The notes under the pieces were generated by a model. That model was given only the letters and a program-made list of their open reading frames with translations. It did not search any database and had not been told where the DNA came from. From a virus (taxonomy: Duplodnaviria > Caudoviricetes): a stretch of DNA of 60,818 nt. The position numbers and the translations under genes are program-made. The DNA is taken from IMG/VR virus record IMGVR_UViG_3300026382_000017, positions 1 to 60,818 of that record; one strand, written 5' to 3'. Numbering within the stretch: position 1 is the first letter of the stretch; each line of letters opens with the position of its first letter. Shown here piece by piece: positions 55,354-60,818 of the stretch.

Positions 55354-56136
55354 ATGGATTTATCAAACTTAACAAGAGAACAGCTACAGGCTATGGGCTT
55401 GAGTGAAGAACAAATTGCGGCAATTTTGAATACAGTTGAGGAAAATAAAGGTGGACAGGGTGTACCATTTCCTTTATTAAAAATAAACTATGATATGGAT
55501 TTTGGTAAAGTAGGAGCGTATGGTTATAATCCACAAAAAGATGAAAATGGTAATTTATCTGGTTATGAATTTGTATCAGATAAAGTGACAATTAGACCTA
55601 TTAAATCAGTTTATCAGTATAGTAAATTTGATGTAGAGCAAAATAAACCGACAGTTACATCAAATATTTTTCCATTAAGAGAAGCAAAAAAAGCATATGA
55701 TTTGAAATCAGGAACACCTATTTCAGTGTTAAAAGCGTCTGATAATGATATAACATTCCAAAGAATTCTTTTAGGTGTTATTGACATTGATGGAGAAGAA
55801 AAACCATTTATTATGTATGCAAAAGGAAGTTTTTTATATGAGTTGAATAATATTTTAAATCAGTATAAAAATGATGGACATATGACTCATAAATTTACGC
55901 TTGGTACTGAAAAGAGAAAAAAAGGAACAGTTGTATGGTTTGTTCCTACATTAGAAGATGTAAATGAATTGGCACAAGACGAATTTATTAAAAACATAAA
56001 AACTGATGCAGAATTGATTAGACAGTTTGATGAATGGATTGCAAGTGTAAATGCTGGAGGTAATGATACGCCATCTACTGTTTCTACAAAAGCTACATCT
56101 GATGTAGAAGTAGATGAGAGTGAAATAAACTTTTAA
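55354..56136 (+). CDS. Putative single-stranded DNA-binding protein
   Basis: P.LKIN N-terminal motif, beta-rich core, acidic tail ending DESEINF; upstream of SbcCD. Confidence 0.6.
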   Translation: MDLSNLTREQLQAMGLSEEQIAAILNTVEENKGGQGVPFPLLKINYDMDFGKVGAYGYNPQKDENGNLSGYEFVSDKVTIRPIKSVYQYSKFDVEQNKPTVTSNIFPLREAKKAYDLKSGTPISVLKASDNDITFQRILLGVIDIDGEEKPFIMYAKGSFLYELNNILNQYKNDGHMTHKFTLGTEKRKKGTVVWFVPTLEDVNELAQDEFIKNIKTDAELIRQFDEWIASVNAGGNDTPSTVSTKATSDVEVDESEINF

Positions 56137-56145
56137 GGTAGAAAA

Positions 56146-56340
56146 ATGTTTAAAAATAAGAAAACATTAAAAGATTTACTCTCTTCTTTTGAGAGTTTAC
56201 TTTCTGATTTGAAAACTTTTGTTAGTGATAAATATAAAGAAATTGCAGAGTTAGAAAGTAGATTAGAAGTTGTTACATCAGAAAAAGTACAAGCAGAACA
56301 AATAATTAGAAATTTGGAGCAGTTTTTAGCTAAGGATTAA
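56146..56340 (+). CDS. Small coiled-coil protein
   Basis: 64-aa heptad pattern. Confidence 0.65.
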   Translation: MFKNKKTLKDLLSSFESLLSDLKTFVSDKYKEIAELESRLEVVTSEKVQAEQIIRNLEQFLAKD

Positions 56341-56396
56341 TTGTGTGTTTATAAAGGTTTTAAATATTTAGTGGGTTTAATCCCACTTTTTATTAT

Positions 56397-56487
56397 GGAG
56401 GGATGGTCGAGTGGTTTAAGACAACTGACTGCTAATCAGTAGGTGTTAATATACGCCTTGTGGGTTCAAATCCCACTCCCTCCGCCA
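56397..56487 (+). tRNA. tRNA-Ser(GCT)
   Basis: Acceptor GGAGGGA/TCCCTCC, ACTGA-CTGCTAA-TCAGT, long variable arm, GGGTTCAAATCCC, CCA. Confidence 0.95.
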
Positions 56488-56506
56488 TATTATAAAAAGG
56501 ATAAAA

Positions 56507-56989
56507 ATGGAAAGTCTGAAATTAATGTATTTTGGTATGCCTCGTAGTTGGTATAAAGAGAATAGAGAAGAATATAATATAAGTGAAGAAAGATTTAACA
56601 CTCTTTTACAAAAATTGAAAAATTTACCTGAAAAACCTATATCTATTTACATACAAAATGTTTGTAGTATTTTTGTAAAAGAGTTGTTAGATACATATAA
56701 GGTAAGAGGAATTGATTTTGCTGAATATTTTAAGGCAGTGTTTGAAAATGAGAAATATGAAATTCCACAAGCTGATATTATTGTTGTGTATAATGTAGGA
56801 ATTGAGAGAGCATTAAATACAGATTTTTCGTCAAGATTACTTTATGGATTAATAGAACAAATAAAACAACAAGATAGTCATCTTTTTTTATGTAGTTATT
56901 TACCATATAATGATTTTTATAAAAAGTATAATATTGAATTTGTTAATAAGATAAGTGTAGGCAGAAAGAAAGAGGAGAAGTTTCTATGA
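56507..56989 (+). CDS. Hypothetical protein (possibly degenerate DnaC/IstB-like fold)
   Basis: 160-aa ORF; ADIIVVYNVGIE resembles a decayed Walker B segment. Confidence 0.6.
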   Translation: MESLKLMYFGMPRSWYKENREEYNISEERFNTLLQKLKNLPEKPISIYIQNVCSIFVKELLDTYKVRGIDFAEYFKAVFENEKYEIPQADIIVVYNVGIERALNTDFSSRLLYGLIEQIKQQDSHLFLCSYLPYNDFYKKYNIEFVNKISVGRKKEEKFL

Positions 56990-57954
56990 AAAAAATATTA
57001 TTTGTTTCTGATATTCATTTGAATTTAAGAAAAAATAAAGAGTGGGAATATAATAGATTTATGTTGCTTGGAGATTTGTTGTTAGAACAAGATGGAGAGA
57101 TACTTGTTTTAGGAGGAGATATTTTTGATAAAGCAAATCCTACGCTTGATGAATTGGCGGCATTTTATGAATTTATCGCTAAATTAAAGGATAAATTCAC
57201 TATTTATATTATTTCAGGTAATCACGAGGATTTATCAAGGAGAGAAACAACCTTTCATAAATTGCCTGAATTGAATTACACTTATTTTGAGTTTACAGAA
57301 AAACCTATAAGAATTGAAAATTGGTATTTTTATTTTGTTTCACATCATAGAATAAATGAAATAAAAAAAATATATCCAAAAGAGAGGAGTGTTCTTTTTT
57401 CACATATAAGAGCGTCTATTGGAATTGTGAAAGAGGAAATCCCTTTAAGAAAATATACAAAAGATTTTGATTATGTGTTTTTAGGGGATATTCATATTCC
57501 TTATCAATTTAAAAATATTTGTTATTGTGGAAGTCCTTATACAATTGTTTATGAGCCTAAAAGAAGCACAAAAATTTTATCAATAACAATAAATAAAAAA
57601 GAGCTAAATTGGGAGTATATTGATACTTCATATTTGCCACAGAAAGTGTTGTTACAAACAGATGTAAAAAATTATAATAAATTGTTACAAACTTTATCTC
57701 CTATAAATTTATATAAGATAAGAGTTAATACTAATACACAGAGTGTTTTAGATTTAGAAAATAGAAAAAATGTTCAATTAGAGATATTACAAAATATAGA
57801 TGAAGATGTTTTGCAAGAGCAAAAAGAATTGTTACAGAAAGAAGGACAGATTGACGTTTATAATACTTTGTTTGAGTTGTTGAAAACAAATGATTTAAGC
57901 GAAGAACATTATGATAGAGCATATCAATTATTACTTGAAATTCAAAAAAAATAA
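56986..57954 (+). CDS. SbcD/Mre11-like recombination nuclease (T5 D12-like)
   Basis: SDIH, GGDIFD, GNHE, FSH, LGDIH, YCGSP. Confidence 0.92.
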   Translation: MKKILFVSDIHLNLRKNKEWEYNRFMLLGDLLLEQDGEILVLGGDIFDKANPTLDELAAFYEFIAKLKDKFTIYIISGNHEDLSRRETTFHKLPELNYTYFEFTEKPIRIENWYFYFVSHHRINEIKKIYPKERSVLFSHIRASIGIVKEEIPLRKYTKDFDYVFLGDIHIPYQFKNICYCGSPYTIVYEPKRSTKILSITINKKELNWEYIDTSYLPQKVLLQTDVKNYNKLLQTLSPINLYKIRVNTNTQSVLDLENRKNVQLEILQNIDEDVLQEQKELLQKEGQIDVYNTLFELLKTNDLSEEHYDRAYQLLLEIQKK

Positions 57955-57957
57955 GGA

Positions 57958-58176
57958 GTGGTTATGGTAGTTTATCCTATTACAAATGAAAAAGGCCAGA
58001 CAATTAGACTTGTAAATTTATCAGGTTGTTTAGATATTAGTATTGGAAATAAAGTTGTTGGTGAATTTCCTATTAGAGCTATATTAGCGAACGGTGAAAC
58101 TGTTGTGTTGGAAACTTTTAAAACTGTTGAAGAGGCGTCAAAATTTTTAAATGATTTGTATAAAAGATTTATGTAA
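57958..58176 (+). CDS. Hypothetical protein
   Basis: 72-aa ORF, AAGGAG RBS. Confidence 0.65.
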   Translation: MVMVVYPITNEKGQTIRLVNLSGCLDISIGNKVVGEFPIRAILANGETVVLETFKTVEEASKFLNDLYKRFM

Positions 58177-58185
58177 AGTGTTGCT

Positions 58186-59823
58186 ATGTTAAAATTTGAA
58201 AAAATAATAATTGAGGATTTTATGTCTATCGATAGACAAGAATTTGAATTTGAAAATGGTATTCACGCTGTTGTAGGACATAATGGAGCAGGAAAGACTC
58301 AAACTTTACTTGCTCTTTCTCAAGCCCTGTTTAATAAAAATCCTAAAAGTGGAAATGATAAATTAGAAGAAACATACAACAAAATAACTCAAAAACCTTA
58401 TACAATTGTAGTGGAATTTTTAAAAGATGAAGATAAATATACTATAATAAATGATAGAAAAAGAAATGCTATTTTTATTTATAAAAATGATATTGATATT
58501 TCTGTTAAAGGAATAAAACAACAATTACAAAAAATTGAAGAAATTATAGGAATGAATTACAATATGTTTATTTCTTTTTATTATTTATCGACTACAACAA
58601 TTAAAAATATATTTGATGTTTCTAATGAAGAAAATTTAATTTATAAATTTTTTGATATTGAAACAATAAAGTATATAGATAAAGAATTAAGAGGGCGATT
58701 AAGGTTAAATAAAAATGAATTGAAGTTATTGTTGCATACTAAGTATAATTATGAAAAACAATTGTCTTTACTAAAAGAATTTACAGAAATTGATGTTGTA
58801 GGGCTAACAAATAAAAAGTATCTATTGAAAGATGCTTTAATAGAACTTGAAAAAAGTGCTGAAAACAAACAAATCGTTTTTTTAAAAAATAAATTACAAG
58901 AGATTTTAAATAAAATTAATGATTTAAGAACAGAGTTCTTAAAGTATGAAAACACAAAAAGTTATATCAAAAAACAAATTGAAAAATTAGAAAGTGGAGT
59001 GTGTCCTGTTTGCGGACAGCCTGTTACAGAACAATTAGGAAATTTGGAAAAAGAATATGAAGAGCTTGTTGATAAACAAAAGCAATTAAAAAAAGAGAAA
59101 GAAAAGATAGTAAAAGAACAAGAAAAGGTTAATGAAAAATTAGAAATATTACAAAATAAAGTAGATACTAAAAAGAAGAAAATTGAAAGCGAATTAAAAA
59201 ACATTGAGGATAAGTTAACATTTTATGAACAAGATAAAGAAAAGTATGATAAATTAAAAGAACAAGAAAATGAAGTTGAAAGTAATTTGGAAAGTATAAA
59301 AGAACGAATTAGAAATATTGAAATAGAAAATGAAACAATAGATGTAATGCTTTCTTTAATAAAAAGCAATGCAATAACACAAAAATATTTGGTGTCTTTT
59401 ATTCTATTGTTAAATTCTAAAATTTCGCAAATTCGTCAAATGACAGGTTTGGATATAGAGATTATTGCTTATGAGGTTAAAGGAAAAATTTCTTTTAGGT
59501 TTAAAGACAATGGTATAGAAAAGACTTTGAATAGCCTATCAAGTGGAGAAAAAACAAGAGTGGCATTAGTTGTGTTATTTGCTATTTTTGAAACTTTACA
59601 ATTATTTACACAAAATAAATTGAATATTCTTGTTTTAGATGAATTGTTGGGTGTTTTAGATGAAAAAGGCATTGAAATGTTAAAAGTGTTGTTAGAACAA
59701 TATAGAAAACAAATGGCTGTATTTGTTGTATTACATCACAATGAAATCGAAAAAGAATTTTTTGATACTTATATAAAAGTTAAAAAAAGAAATAATTTGA
59801 CAGATATTATTATAGAAAAGTAA
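58186..59823 (+). CDS. SbcC/Rad50-like ATPase (T5 D13-like)
   Basis: GHNGAGKT, coiled coils, CPVCGQ zinc hook, LSSGE, LVLDE. Confidence 0.95.
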   Translation: MLKFEKIIIEDFMSIDRQEFEFENGIHAVVGHNGAGKTQTLLALSQALFNKNPKSGNDKLEETYNKITQKPYTIVVEFLKDEDKYTIINDRKRNAIFIYKNDIDISVKGIKQQLQKIEEIIGMNYNMFISFYYLSTTTIKNIFDVSNEENLIYKFFDIETIKYIDKELRGRLRLNKNELKLLLHTKYNYEKQLSLLKEFTEIDVVGLTNKKYLLKDALIELEKSAENKQIVFLKNKLQEILNKINDLRTEFLKYENTKSYIKKQIEKLESGVCPVCGQPVTEQLGNLEKEYEELVDKQKQLKKEKEKIVKEQEKVNEKLEILQNKVDTKKKKIESELKNIEDKLTFYEQDKEKYDKLKEQENEVESNLESIKERIRNIEIENETIDVMLSLIKSNAITQKYLVSFILLLNSKISQIRQMTGLDIEIIAYEVKGKISFRFKDNGIEKTLNSLSSGEKTRVALVVLFAIFETLQLFTQNKLNILVLDELLGVLDEKGIEMLKVLLEQYRKQMAVFVVLHHNEIEKEFFDTYIKVKKRNNLTDIIIEK

Positions 59824-59832
59824 AGGAAAATA

Positions 59833-60426
59833 ATGAATGTTAATCAATATAAATTTACAGGAAATGATGAGAGTTATACATATCCATCTTTAATTTTCCC
59901 TCTTATTTCTTATATTGAAGAGTTTAGAAAAGCAAATGGAATAAAAAGTAGGAAAAAATTGACAATATGGTGTCCTTTTGATTTAAAAGAGGACATAGTG
60001 TTTAATGGAATTAAGATGTTTAGAAGTAATTATGTAGATATTTTTGAAAAAGAAGGATATAATGTGATTGCTTCTCATATAGCGGTAGGACAAGATTTCT
60101 TTGAATATGAGCCAAAAGAAAATTGGGATATTATTATAAGTAATCCACCATTTAAAAACAAAAAATTGTTTTTTGAAAGAGCTTTAAGCTTTAATAAACC
60201 TTTTGCTTTGGTATCTATGGCAAGTTGGTTAAATGATGTAAATGTATTCAATCTTTTTAAAGATAAAAAGTTACAACTTTTAATACCTGATAGAAGAGCA
60301 AAATTTTTTAATGAGAATGGTTGTATAGGGAAGCAGCCAAGTTTTAAGGCTATATATTACTGTGTAGATTTTTTACAAGATAACGATATTCAATGGTTTG
60401 AATTAGATAGAAATTTGGAAAGGTAG
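59833..60426 (+). CDS. N6-adenine DNA methyltransferase-like protein (NPPF)
   Basis: NDESYT, IWCPFD, GQDFF, IISNPPF, KPFAL. Confidence 0.85.
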   Translation: MNVNQYKFTGNDESYTYPSLIFPLISYIEEFRKANGIKSRKKLTIWCPFDLKEDIVFNGIKMFRSNYVDIFEKEGYNVIASHIAVGQDFFEYEPKENWDIIISNPPFKNKKLFFERALSFNKPFALVSMASWLNDVNVFNLFKDKKLQLLIPDRRAKFFNENGCIGKQPSFKAIYYCVDFLQDNDIQWFELDRNLER

Positions 60427-60430
60427 TTAA

Positions 60431-60818
60431 ATGAGTTGGAAAGATAACTTCCCAAAAGAAAACAGATACTTTGAAACTAAAAATGGTATTTTGTATAAAG
60501 GGGATTGTTTAAATATTATGAAAGATTTTTTAAAAGAAAGTATTGATTTAATAGTAACTGATCCTCCATATTTAATTAATTATAAAACAAATCGTAGAAA
60601 AAATAAAAATCATCAGTTTTGCAAACCAATAAAAAATGATGATAATTATAAATTGATTACGGAGTTTATAAAGTATAGTTATGTTATATTAAAAAAACAA
60701 TAAAGCATTTTATTGTTTTACTTCTTGGAAAACTATTGATTTTTTTAAACAAGAAATTGAAAAATATTATAAACTAAAAAATCAAATAATTTGGGTTAAA
60801 AATAATTGGACTGCTGGG
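60431..60818 (+). pseudogene. N4/N6 DNA methyltransferase (DPPY), frameshifted at an A7 run (60691-60697); runs off the window end
   Basis: GDCL..M, SIDLIVTDPPY; removing one A continues LKNNKAFYCFTSWK...NQIIWVKNNWTAG, typical of this family. Confidence 0.8.

Noticed and set aside
242-59672. Many 60-140 aa ORFs antisense to or nested in larger genes (e.g. 242-436, 2089-2334, 3145-3570, 7697-7945, 7710-8036, 10351-10626, 29536-29748, 36847-37068, 58962-59204)
   Set aside because: Shadow ORFs of AT-rich coding strands: F/L/S/I-rich, no RBS, largely or wholly overlapping better-supported genes

Overview
AT-rich, gene-dense ~61 kb fragment of a large lytic-type siphovirus with T5-like gene content. 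No integrase or repressor is seen. The host is probably Campylobacterota, inferred from TTAAG-N6-TTAAG-N10-TATAAT promoters, AAGGA RBSs and a dimeric dUTPase. Layout: (i) 1-10.9 kb minus-strand early region with tandem promoters, three families of intergenic repeats/long hairpins, small ORFs and a two-amidoligase + GATase-II/GGCT module; (ii) 11.2-27.3 kb minus-strand genes for an SPFH lipoprotein, GH108 endolysin, ligase, dUTPase, NrdB and NrdA (each with a related intein), terminases and a ColE2-type Rep primase; (iii) 27.8-47 kb plus-strand virion and lysis module with tRNA-Asn; (iv) 47-60.8 kb DNA-metabolism genes (RuvC-like, flap nuclease, PAPS-reductase-like, dCMP deaminase, ThyX, SSB-like, tRNA-Ser, SbcCD, methyltransferases). 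Two observations stand out. First, a promoter-bounded unit of a coiled-coil gene (54351-54962) followed by a ~276-nt putative pseudoknotted ncRNA that displays 11 consecutive in-phase UAA-N4 heptamers. Second, a plasmid ColE2-type Rep with seven copies of a 29-bp candidate origin, four of them in two perfect inverted pairs at strand-switch points. All calls come from reading motifs by eye; no database searches were run.
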